A program made the position numbers and the translations under genes. The notes beneath the pieces were generated by a model. That model was not told the origin of the DNA, ran no database searches, and saw only the letters and a list, made by a program, of their open reading frames with translations. Shown piece by piece: positions 50,501 to 60,999 of a DNA stretch of 64,000 nt (positions are counted from its first letter, which is position 1; every line of letters starts with the position of its first letter). The DNA is from Chlorokybus atmophyticus. Taxonomy: Eukaryota; Plantae; Mesostigma and Chlorokybus algae. The stretch is from contig RHPI01003156.1 in NCBI GenBank assembly GCA_009103225.1, forward strand, positions 1,050,159-1,114,158. The letters run 5' to 3'.

Positions 50501-51240
50501 TCAGCTGTTTGTGAGCACAGGTTGCGAGGCAGGATTCTTCTCGACGGGCTGCGTGCTTCTCCTTGAAGCAATCTTGAGGACATCAAGCAAGCGAACCCGT
50601 TTCATCTCGCGACCTGACATTGCAATGCCGTGTGACCCTTGTTCTGCATGACGACTATTACATGCAAAGACAACAAGCTCTTAGTTATATCAGCGACGCG
50701 CAAACCCTCACCCTCTTCAAAGCCGAGGCGGAGTGCTCGCTTCTCAAGTTCTACTGCCTGCTGATTGAGCAGTGATATTGGTGCGCTTACCAATTCTGGT
50801 ACACATGACAACAGTTTCATCAGGTTGTGCATTCTTCCATTGTCAAGCGCGCTGCAGCTGGACCCATGCATGCAGCCATGCATGGGGTTGAAAGCTCGCT
50901 GCATGCAACCAACTAACAGCACCCAAGCAATCAGCATTCAGCACTTATGCGTACGAGAGCATGCACCTGAGTATGCACTCCGTTGCTTCAAGGGACTACC
51001 TTGTGCTAGCGGACTATCTGCACTGCCGCTGTCCAGCTGCTGAATGTAAGCTTTCAATCGGCGATAGCGCTCTTGAAAGCCTTCCCGGCGGCGGTGACAA
51101 CGAGAAGCTTGCTGCTGTTGCTCGGTTGGAGCAGGCTGAGCAGCTAACGAAGCGGTGGAGGAAGCAGGGATCGCCTGCGCTGAATGTGAGCTGCCTGCGG
51201 CGTTGTCTGCTGCGACTGCCTCAGGACGGCCAGCCTCCAT
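50501..51240 (-). CDS. LIN52: LIN52-like DREAM/MuvB subunit, 3 exons
   Basis: FQERYRRLKAYIQQLD...RSAYS|ELVSAPISLLNQQAVELEKRALRLGFEE|GREMKRVRLLDVLK matches plant LIN52 (AVELEKRSIQLSLEEAKELQRV) and animal LIN52 (LAYQLGLDESREMTRGKFLNIL). Stop TGA at 50501-50503. Confidence 0.8.
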
Positions 51241-51477
51241 AAGCCAGCTGGCACAGCAGCGGCGTCCGCCTCCTCACTTCCCCAAGCTAGCAAGCATCAA
51301 GCAGTATGCACACCTTGCTGCTAGCTAAGCTTGGCTAGCCTACAACCACACCGCCACTGCCAATACCACCAGCCTACGTCCATGCTGTCACACCTCGTGC
51401 CAAACGGCAGCAACCCACCTTCCCCGCAGTTTTGACTTGTCCACAACTACAGCCTCAACACCACGTCCACCACACCC

Positions 51478-51537
51478 GCAGCCACAGCCACAGCCACAGC
51501 CACAGCCACAGCCACAGCCACAGTCACAGTCACAGCC
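51478..51537. repeat. (GCCACA)n hexamer microsatellite
   Basis: About 10 units, some as GTCACA variants, upstream of LIN52. Confidence 0.9.
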
Positions 51538-53599
51538 ATCTCAACCACCACCTCCACCACCTCCGCCGCCGCCTGCTTCGCGCACACAACCGACCTGACG
51601 TAAGTTAGCGAGAGTCAGAGTCAGGGAGAAGTACGTTAGTCGCCACCGTCAGCCCTCACTTTGAATGAGGTGAAAGCCATCAGAACTCGTTGAGGTATGT
51701 CAAACAGCCCGTTTCCGCTGCCTTTGCCGCTGAGCGTGGCGACAAACGGTTTGGGACCGCGCGAAATGACGCGAGTGGCTGCCGCAGTCACATATCAAGC
51801 TGCTCTCGATTTATGATGCACAGCTGGACTGTGGTGCACCTTTGACCACCTAGGGTCATTGCATGATCGACGGTGCTGGTGTCTCATGTAGTGCACGGCT
51901 TCACCCGCGCATTTCTCCCGGGGATCTGTGTGTAGACCGCCGCGGTAGGGGACCGCTTGGCCGTTGTCGGTGGCGGCCACGTGGGAGACCAACGGTCAGT
52001 GCATGCCGTTTTGATAGTGGCTGACTCTAGACCTGATAGAGACTCTGTAAGCGATCAGCCTTAACCTTACCCCTATTACAGTCAGAGTTAATGGCTCGCA
52101 GTTCAACGATCAAGTTGAACTCGCAGTTGTATTCACGGCATTTCATGTCTCATTGCACGCATCAATATCACCGTAAATGCATGTATCATTCATGCAATTG
52201 GCTTTCACCAGAAGTCAGGTCATGTTGTTCGTCGGTTCATCAAGTAGGAGTTCACATACACGAAGTCTATGTAATGTTTTGTGTTAGCTCGTGTTATTGT
52301 ATGCATGCTGTTGCCTTGCCCTACTTTGTGATGCGTCTTGCTCAGGTTCATTGCTATACGACAATGGTATCGATTGCGTGGCACATACTGCGAGGCATAT
52401 GCCAATACACTCACTTAAAAATTTTCGTAATCTTAAAATATAAAAAAGCTATTTACTTTGCCTACGGTGTGATGTTGTTAAATTTAAGGTAATTAGTTAG
52501 ATGAAGCTTCACTCAGGAGCCTTTAGCTCGCTAGAATATATGCCTTACGTGATGTAAATGCGAAAGACAAGGCAAAAGCAGTCAGACAGCAAACCATTCA
52601 TGTTACAGAGCATTTGCGATGCTTATAGCGTGTTATAGTATATGCATGTGTACTGCATTACTAAATAATGCATGCCATGCTTTTAATGCAGCGCACAACG
52701 TCTTGAGTAATATATACTTAATAATCATTATTTGTCATAGTCGATCATTACCATCACTGATAACCATACATGCACGCAGCCCCTAGGCTTTCATGCATCC
52801 GTAGAGTGCAGTGGTGTGCCTGGTGGCGTGTGATGCTGCAATAATAAGCTCCTCTACTCTTTGCCTTTGCCCTACTAAAAGGGCCTCGTATATGATGTGC
52901 ATACCTTGTGCGTTATTGCTTCTAAATCTACTCGGGCCATGCGCCACTCCGTAAGAGCAAGCGCACATAAGCTTGAATGGTAGTGCCAATGCCAATGCGA
53001 TGCGTGTGTAGCAAGCATGTGGGCTGGCCCAAGCCAACGATATGTTATGCTATGCTATGTACTAGATGCAGGCACACGCACGCAAACAATAGTGCATGAA
53101 AGGTATTGGAGGTGCAAGTGTCATAGTCATAGTTAAGTACCAATCACATTAATAGCTTAGCTTCATCAACAATGTCATGCCTATTGTCTTCGCATGCCAG
53201 CCTTCATCAAGCACATGGGCACCGCGCGTAGCTGTTCAGTTGTGAGTTCGATTATGAGTTGTGTGTTTTACATTGAGTGGGGTTTTTTTTGGGAATAGCC
53301 TCCATATGACTGTCAGCTTACGTTCTAAACAGTCATGACTTGTATAAATAGTCACAGTGTTCACCGGATCAGCCGGATGAGCAGGCCCACCCCTTTCTAG
53401 CCAACAGACGAGGGGAACCTCAGCATCTGGAGCCCAACCTCACCTAAGAGCGAGCAAGTGAAGAAAGCGGTTACCGTAGCAGCAGAGGCTCCCGCCCCGT
53501 CTCCGGCTTCACCTCCTTCCATTTCACTCCTCGTCAACGAGCTTCTCCACCTCTTTTTGACAAAGTCGACGGCAAATTGGAGCCTTCCAGCTTGATAAT

Positions 53600-56500
53600 C
53601 TCGCTGCGCTTCTCCGGACGTGCTGGCACTACCCCAATTGATGAGTTCATCATCAAGTTTCATGCCAAGAGGCGTCAGCAAGCCCTCAAGAGCAAGACTG
53701 GTTAAATTTTTTTGTCATTCTATATCATGGCTCAGTATCCTGATTTTGAGGCACATAATGTGTGGAAATCCATTGCTGAGCTGCACCATGTCGATGGCTA
53801 TGGCAAGCTCGCCAGCACCATAACATCCACATCGTTGCACAGCCCTGCAGCTGTTGCCCCTGCCACAATGGTCCCTCCAGCTTTAATCACCGGCCTTGCT
53901 TTAGCTGCAGCTATGCAGAAAGCGGAGAACGAAAAGGGCAAGTTGGTTGTTGCCTCGTCAACCCCTGCAGAGATCGAGGTTAAGACGGCGGACCGCCATA
54001 TCAGGGTACTCAACTGGACCGCTGCCATCATCAAGGACTGAGCAAGATGAGCAGCAAGCTGCAGCATCGAAGATGGGTGCATCTCCATTGCCAACGCTAA
54101 GGTCACGTGCTCCAGCTGAAAACAGTGTCTTCACCCTCAGGTCATAGGCACTGCGCGCACCAGCCATCATTGTCGGTGGTGTGATGTCTGACTCTCTACT
54201 CAAGGACCTTTACACTGCAATGCGGCGTACCCTCCCACCTCAAACCAACCGCCAGGTGGAGGAGCTGAGATGCTTCCGAAAGAAGCCCAACGAGGACCCT
54301 CTCCGGCTGTACTCGCGACTGAAAGGGCTGCTGAAAACAACTGACTACAAGATCATTAGCGACAAGGCAGCCACAGTGGCTTTATGTGGCCAAGCTGGAT
54401 CCCACCTTGAGTGAGTCAACGCGAATGACGCTAAACTGCAGCCGGCCTCTTGGCTACACCCTCAAGCGCTCAAGATTGCACAAGCCATCCACAAGCGCGC
54501 GGTGTATAAGAAAGAGGTTCTGGACATCAACCTGAGTGCCTCACGGCCCGTGGCAAGCACAAGTGCAGAGCCCTCCAAGAAACCATAGCTGAGACGTTCC
54601 GTTCATGCGCAACAATTAGCTCACGCTACCCTTGTTGCTCCGATGCTGTGCCAATGGTGTGGTCGGCATGGGCTATAAAAAAGAGTGCACTAAATGTTAT
54701 GGTAAGCTTGTGTGCAACTACTGCCATAAGATAGGACACTTAAAGGCAGTAAGCTGGCTCAAGTTCCCCGAGGTGCGGCCCTCTATTGACTACAACATTG
54801 GCAACAATGCTGGTGGCTACCACGGCAACAACAGCAACAATAATGGGAGCCACAACAACAGCGACAACGATGGTGGCTACAATTACAGCAACAACGCTGG
54901 TGGCTACCACTGCAACAACAGCAACAATAACGGGGGCCACAACAATAGCAACAACGCTGGTGGTCACAACAACGGCAACAACGTTGGTGGCCACAACCCC
55001 ATCAACTACCACAACAACACCATTGATCGCAAGGAAGAGCCTGGTTACGGAGGAAAGAACCGCCCTCCACATTGCAAAGGACCCGAGGGACGTCCGCGTG
55101 CTGAAGCTGTTGCTGTTAAAGCACCAATCAATCTACCACCTGTTGAGCAAGTTGCAGCCCTCATGGCGCGTGTTGCACAGTGGAAGGAGCAAAGAACATG
55201 ACTATCAAGCCTGCGACGCTGTGGTGGGCGTTGATGGCATCAAAGCGGGAGAGGAGCACTCTCATACCATCGCGAGTGCAACCGTCAAGACGTGCGCGTA
55301 GACAAGCTTGCGCATCATCAACAGCATTGTACGAAGCAACAAGTGGGGCTGCATCAGTAGCCACAATCATTGCTCGGATTGTCGAAAATCGGCACACTAC
55401 TGACTATGCATGGAGTTGGTGCAAGCACAAGCAGACACTCTCTATCAGAGCATTCACACACAAGGCTGATCAAAAAGGCTCTCTAAGGATTACAATCAAG
55501 CCCTACCGCGGGCTTTTATACCCGCCAGTTCTGCACCTGTTTACTCTAGAAGCCACCACAACTTCTACATTCAATCAACTCCTGCGCACTAAGTTGCGCC
55601 ACGTAGCTACTTATAAGCCCAAGAGCTGTTCAACAAGCTATACCATGCACCATATAGTACGTAACCACTGAGCTACAAGACTTCTACCACCACGCTCAAA
55701 CCCTTCCTATGTCGAGAAGCACGTCCACGCCTGGATTTTATCCATTGAAGTCCGCGCCTGAACCCTTCTCGGCTGGACCCTTCTCGCGCTTGAATCTTCT
55801 CGCGGTTAACTTTACCCACAGGGCAAGCTGACCAGTTACAAAAATATCCACAATAGGGACGATGTCGTTAATGACACCATTACAACCACACCAACCGGCG
55901 CAGCAAGTGCAGATACACCTGGCACCACTCTGGCTCCGTTGATGGAAAGCACCGACACAGCTGCAGCCGAGGTTGTTGAATCTGTTGGTGATGAAGGCAC
56001 CACACTAGCCACTGCTACAGCCATGGCACCAGTCACGACTACCGCTGTACTCACATCAACTACTTCTGTCACAACGACTGCTGCAGGTGCCACAACCATT
56101 GCTGCTGCTGATGCTGCCGCACCCTCTGCAGTCGGCACACTATCTGCGGAAGTCACCGCCACCGTAGCATCAGAGGATCGTGCAGCCCCTCCATCATACC
56201 TTGCTGTCACTCAGCAAGTGCCGCACGGATCGCAAATAGAGCGCACCTTGGTGTCCGTCTTCTGCAACATTGAACCCATCACCATTGTATGCGGCCCAGG
56301 AGGGCAACGCACAACACGAGTGGCACAAGATGATCCATATTGCCACTACCACCTCCAGAGTACCACACACTTCCGGAGCCCACACAGCAACGGTTGAAGG
56401 ATGAGATTCTTGCAGTCACTGCGCCCGAGATGCGAAACCGTCTCTTTTGGGTCACCTATCGACAACCTGCTGTGTTGGAGTTGGCAATCCTGTTGTGCTT

Positions 56501-56950
56501 GACATTCCATAAAAGGCTGCAAGAGGCACCCACTAAATCGCGACCGCCAATGCCTGCTTAGCAGGTTGATTTCGAGCCCTCACGGTTGGAGCCGCTCGAA
56601 CTCCGGCGTCGCTCGGTGCAACACCTTGTGGTGGCCACACAAACATGCTGACATGCTGGCCCTGCACTCCGTGGGCTTGTCCAAGGGACCCGATAAGAAC
56701 GATCCTCGGCCCTCTACTAGCTAGTAGCACGCATACCGCTATTGACTAAATCAAGCGGCACAAGTAGATGCGCGACGGCAGGCGTAGAAGAAAGCATCAC
56801 GCGTTGCTGCTAGCCAACCTGCAAGGGCATTCGACGACCCCGGTGCCTCCACCACACTCCCGTTGGTGCCATCTTGCGCAGCCGCGGTTGCTCCACAGGG
56901 GCACGCAGCTGCTGCTGACCAAGCGAGGGCGTTGGCGCAACAATTTAGCG
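53600..56950 (+). mobile_element. Degenerate Ty3/Gypsy-like gag region with two zinc knuckles, an Asn/Gly-rich repeat and a Thr/Ala-rich tail; no intact pol or LTRs found
   Basis: VEELRCFRKKPNEDPLRLYSRLKGLL (retrotransposon gag motif). Frameshifted CQWCGRHG.YKKEC and CNYCHKIGHLKAV knuckles at about 54640-54750. Many stops and frameshifts. Confidence 0.65.
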
Positions 56951-57491
56951 GGGTTTTCGCCACGCTGCTTCCTTCCTGAGTTAATGATATGCCTGAAGCT
57001 GTCACCTACCATCTGTGCCCGCCGATTTGCCCGTGAAAAAGAGGGCTGGATGTGTGGCAATTGCAGGCCACGCTGCCTATTTCAGCCAATTTATGTATGT
57101 TATTGGCGACACTAGGTTTGGGTTTAATAAACCTGGCTGAATTTATAAATAGTTTGGCTTTACAGACGGGGACGTTATATTTGCCCTGAGTGGGCCTTAA
57201 ATCAAATGATAAGGCCTTTAGATGCTAGTCGCGTTTTATGTTATGGCCGGCTCTTTACATAATGGCAATGTTAATTAAAACGTCTTTTAATGCAGGGCCA
57301 AAGCGCTTACAAGAAAAATTCTTTGCCAAAGTAAAAATAACAAACCACTTTGGCCGCTGCGGCAAGCCTTTTACACTCTACTCTTTATACTATCTTTATG
57401 GCTAGGCTCTTTTTGCCAGCAAAAGTGCGCTGAAAAACGTAAAATCTGTTAACATACAGTATGTGAGTGAAGTTCAAGTAAGCCCTATTTT

Positions 57492-58383
57492 ATGACATAA
57501 ACGAACATATTATGACCAAGGTCATGCAGCTTAAAGAAGAAGGGGCAGCTGCCAGCAATAATGAGGGGTGCTTGTTTATTATTTGTGGGCAAAACATTGA
57601 TAGACGCTACTTTCAACATAAATCAGAATTTATCATTGGCCGCTCTGAGTTGGCTGCTTGGGGTCAATTAAAAAAGTGCTTCCAGACAACATGCCAAACT
57701 GGTGACCAACAACATTCGCACCTGGCTTAGTGATACGGGCTCGACCAATGGCACGTTTGTCAACAACCAGCACATTACTTGCATGAATTTACAGGATGGT
57801 AATCTTGTCCGGGTGGGGCAAACGATTTTTAAGTATTTGTCAGGCTCTAATGTTGAAAACGTATACCACGAGGAAATGTATCATCTCTCAACAATTGATG
57901 GCTTAAGCAACACTTATAATAAGCGATGTTTTTAAACGCTTTAGGTTGTGAATTAAATCAAACGCACCAATATGACAGAAGTTTATCGCTGGTGCTATTT
58001 AACATTGATTACTTTTCAAAATAAATAATATTTATGGGCATTTCGCAGGCGATCATGTGTTACGAGAATTGGCGACGTTGATTAGTCATAACATTTGGGC
58101 CTAAAATTTGTTAGCTCGTTATGGAGGGGAAGAAGTTGCCATTATGCTGCCTGAAGTAGATATCGTTTGGGCTGTTTTAATGTGTGAAAAGCTGCGTAGT
58201 TTAACAGAAGAAAACGTCATTGTCTTTAGTCATGAAGAGATTTTGTCGACAATTAGCCCAGAGATCTATTCATATAATGCCAAAATAGGTTATATTAGCT
58301 TAGGTTCTTTTATTGCCGAGGCTGATGCTAAATCATATGCTGCCAAAACCAACCAAAACAGCCGCAACCGTTTGTTTGCCTGA
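57492..58383 (+). pseudogene. Bacterial FHA-GGDEF diguanylate cyclase pseudogene
   Basis: FHA: FIIGRS...SRQHAKL...LSDTGSTNGTFVNN...LQDGNLVRVGQTIFKYL. GGDEF: IDGLSNTYNKR...LSLVLFNIDYF..INNIYGHFAGDHVLRELA...LARYGGEEVAIMLPE...AEAD...YAAK...RNR. Frameshifts near 57680 and 57930 and an in-frame TAA at 58102-58104. No introns. Confidence 0.9.
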
Positions 58384-58440
58384 GTTTTAAGCGCCAGCCA
58401 CATTTTATATAAGCCTTGGTGGATTGCATGACGGACCTTT

Positions 58441-60298
58441 ATGCTTGAGCTCCAAGACAAAATTGCAACTTTAAACCTCATGTCATTGACTTAATTACCG
58501 CTGGTGAAGTGGACGAGCGGCCCAGCTCTGTTATCAACAAATTGATTGAAAATGCTTTAGATGCTGGGGCGCACCACATCGAGGTGACTTTAGGGGGCGG
58601 CGGGCTTGAACAAATCATTAATAGTGATGATGGCAATGGCATGTCTCCTAAAGATGCCAGTCAATCCATTTGAAGGCATGCCACAAGTAAACTACGGCAA
58701 GCCGCAGATCTGGCAGAGGCTACGACTATGGAGCTTCGGGGTGAAGCTTTGTCATCCATTGCGGCGGTCAGCCATTTAACTTTGATCACGCGGCCACCTG
58801 CCAGCGCTGCTGGTTGGCATCTTGTTTTGGCGGGTGGACAATTACAAGCTAACGCCTCAATAGGCTGCCCGGTTGGTACCACGCTTGAAGTCAGCCATTT
58901 GCTTTACAACACTCCCGCCCGCCGCAAAATTACGCGCGCCTGCCACAGAGCACGCCCACTGCTTAGAGATGTGCAGCCGATTATTGCTTAGCCATAAAAA
59001 CGTGAGTTTAGTGCTGCAGGCCGCCAACGGCGCTTGCTGGCTTTTCGTGCAAATGACAATAAAGAGATACGTGTAGCTGCTTGATTGCGGACACCGGTGA
59101 ATTCATTCATACCTTTGCAATGGCAAGAAGGTGATGTAGAAATCAAGGGTTTTTTTAGCTTTGCCGCGTTCAGAGCACGCCGATAGCCGCGAAATGTGAT
59201 TATTTGTCAACGGCCGCTCTGTGCGTGACCGCTTTGTGCAGCGGGCTGTTGTCAGAGCCTGGCGGCCCTTTTGGTCAGCAGCGCTACCCCACAGTGGTGC
59301 TCTTTTTAAAGTTGACAGCGGCTCCATGATGTAAATGTGCATCCGTAAAAGCTTGAAGTCCGTTTTGCGCGTCCTCAAGCTATATTCACCGCCATTGGCC
59401 AAGCTTTTTTTAATGGCTTTGAGCAAGCTAGCAGCAGTCAATTATGCCTCACCTTCAAGGTGAGGTGGGCAAAGTTTGCCCACCTCAAGACTGCAAGCTG
59501 CAACAGATTGGTTTTTGGCTCAAGCTACCACAAGTAGTTTAGATTTAAGAGTAACTCCAAGCAGTGATTTAAAGCCACCATCACCAGTGGCTTCTCCGGA
59601 CAATTTTAGCTTGCCAGCGGCAGCGCCAATATTAACGATCGTGGGCTTTGCGGCTGCCGCTGTGCAGATGGTGCGTATTGTTGAACAACGTTTTTATTTT
59701 AGCGAAGGTGGCCACGACTTTTGGTTGCTAGATTGGTCCGCTTGGGCTCACTAAGAAGCTCTAAAGAACTTTTTCTCGAAGCCCAAACCGCTTTAGTGAG
59801 GCTTGAAACCTTACTCTTGCCAGCATCTCTGACACCTGCTGCAGCTTGGCTGGATTCGTTGGCGCCAGCTTGGCCAAAGTTGGCTATATATGGCTTTAAA
59901 ATAAAATAAAATAAAATAAAAACCGGTAGGTCTTAGCCATTATTTGGTGCGGGCTATTCCTCAAGCTCTATCAGCCATGTCAGCCACTGAAGTTGCCCAA
60001 CATATTTTGACTGTCGCCTAAGCGACGCCTTTAAAGCAGAGCCTTGGTCATTTGCACCAAGAGATCTACCAACCAATGTACGAGCGCTGTGTGGCACGTT
60101 TACAAGGGCCCTGGCAAGAAATTGCCGCCAAAGCTTGAGCACAGCGATGGCTTGCCAAAAAAGAGTTTATGATCTGGCAAGCAAGCTCTTTTTGTCAACG
60201 CTTGAGCACCGCTACAGTGCAAACATGGTGGACTATTGAGTCAAATCTAAGCGTCTTAAAGCTCTTTGAACATCTCGCAATTTGGTTGATAGGTTAGA
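58441..60298 (+). pseudogene. mutL: Bacterial DNA mismatch repair protein MutL pseudogene
   Basis: LITAGEVDERPSSVINKLIENALDAGA...DDGNGM...*RHATSKL...LRGEALSSIAAVSHLTLITR; GTTLEVSHLLYNTPARRK; FVNGRSVRD. In-frame TGA at 58671-58673, several frameshifts, and an (AAAAT)n run at about 59898-59922. The 3' end is approximate. Confidence 0.9.
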
Positions 60299-60728
60299 CT
60301 AGCATAAAAGCGGGCCGCTTTGGGGGCAGCATGCAACAAACAGTGCTTTAAACCTTGATTTTTCAACCAATGTTCACATAAAAGCAACGCGTGCCCACGC
60401 GATGGCTGCGAAAAGGTTCTTGCACATACATTTGGTCGACATACCCATAGCGATTTTTAGGGCGTAGCCAAAAAATTGGATTGGCACTTAATATGTCGGC
60501 CCAACCAAAACCAATGGCTTTAGCGTCTTGCTCGGCTAAAAACAAATTCAATTTGAGGCGCGTGCAGCGCCACAAAAATATCATGGTCAAGTTTTGGCAT
60601 GATCTTTTCGTTAGTGTTTCGTTAATGTTTTCAGGGTCAAACTCTTTGATAAGCTCTGTAAAAAGAGCCACATTCTACTGCTTACTTGCTTTTGTCGCCG
60701 GATAATATGTCATGTTTGTAAGATTCAT
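60256..60728 (-). pseudogene. Bacterial GNAT N-acetyltransferase pseudogene
   Basis: LFLAEQDAKAIGFG...YGYVDQMYVQEPFRSHRVGT (GNAT motif A), continuing after a frameshift as LKNQGLKHCLLHAAPKAARFYASLTYQ. Internal TAG near the start. Confidence 0.75.
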
Positions 60729-60914
60729 AATGAAAAGGCTTTCAAATTATCGGCAACTATGCTACAATTGGCTTGTTTTTATGAGGTCTGTTAAAACTTT
60801 TGTGGTCTCCAGTAAGTTTAACATTGACGAGTTGGGTTTAAATCTTTTAAGGTGAAATCTCTAAAGCAAGCGCGGGCATTTTTGTCAACCGCCAAGCTTT
60901 TTATGAATGAGGTA

Positions 60915-60991
60915 GGGCCGTTAACTCAGCTGGTAGAGCATCGGCTCTTTTATTCCGCTGGTCGGGCGTTTAATTTGCCCACGGCCCACCA
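60915..60991 (+). tRNA. trnK: Bacterial-type tRNA-Lys(UUU) pseudogene with encoded CCA
   Basis: Perfect acceptor stem GGGCCGT/ACGGCCC plus ACCA; D arm ACTC-AGCTGGTA-GAGC with a position-10 mismatch; anticodon loop CTTTTAT with a broken stem and one extra nt; T arm GGGCG-TTTAATT-TGCCC lacking the invariant C56. Confidence 0.8.
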
Positions 60992-60999
60992 TGTTAGCC

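Noticed and set aside
51600-57110. Complete LTR retrotransposon around the gag relic
   Set aside because: No direct terminal repeats, PBS, protease, RT or integrase motifs could be found.
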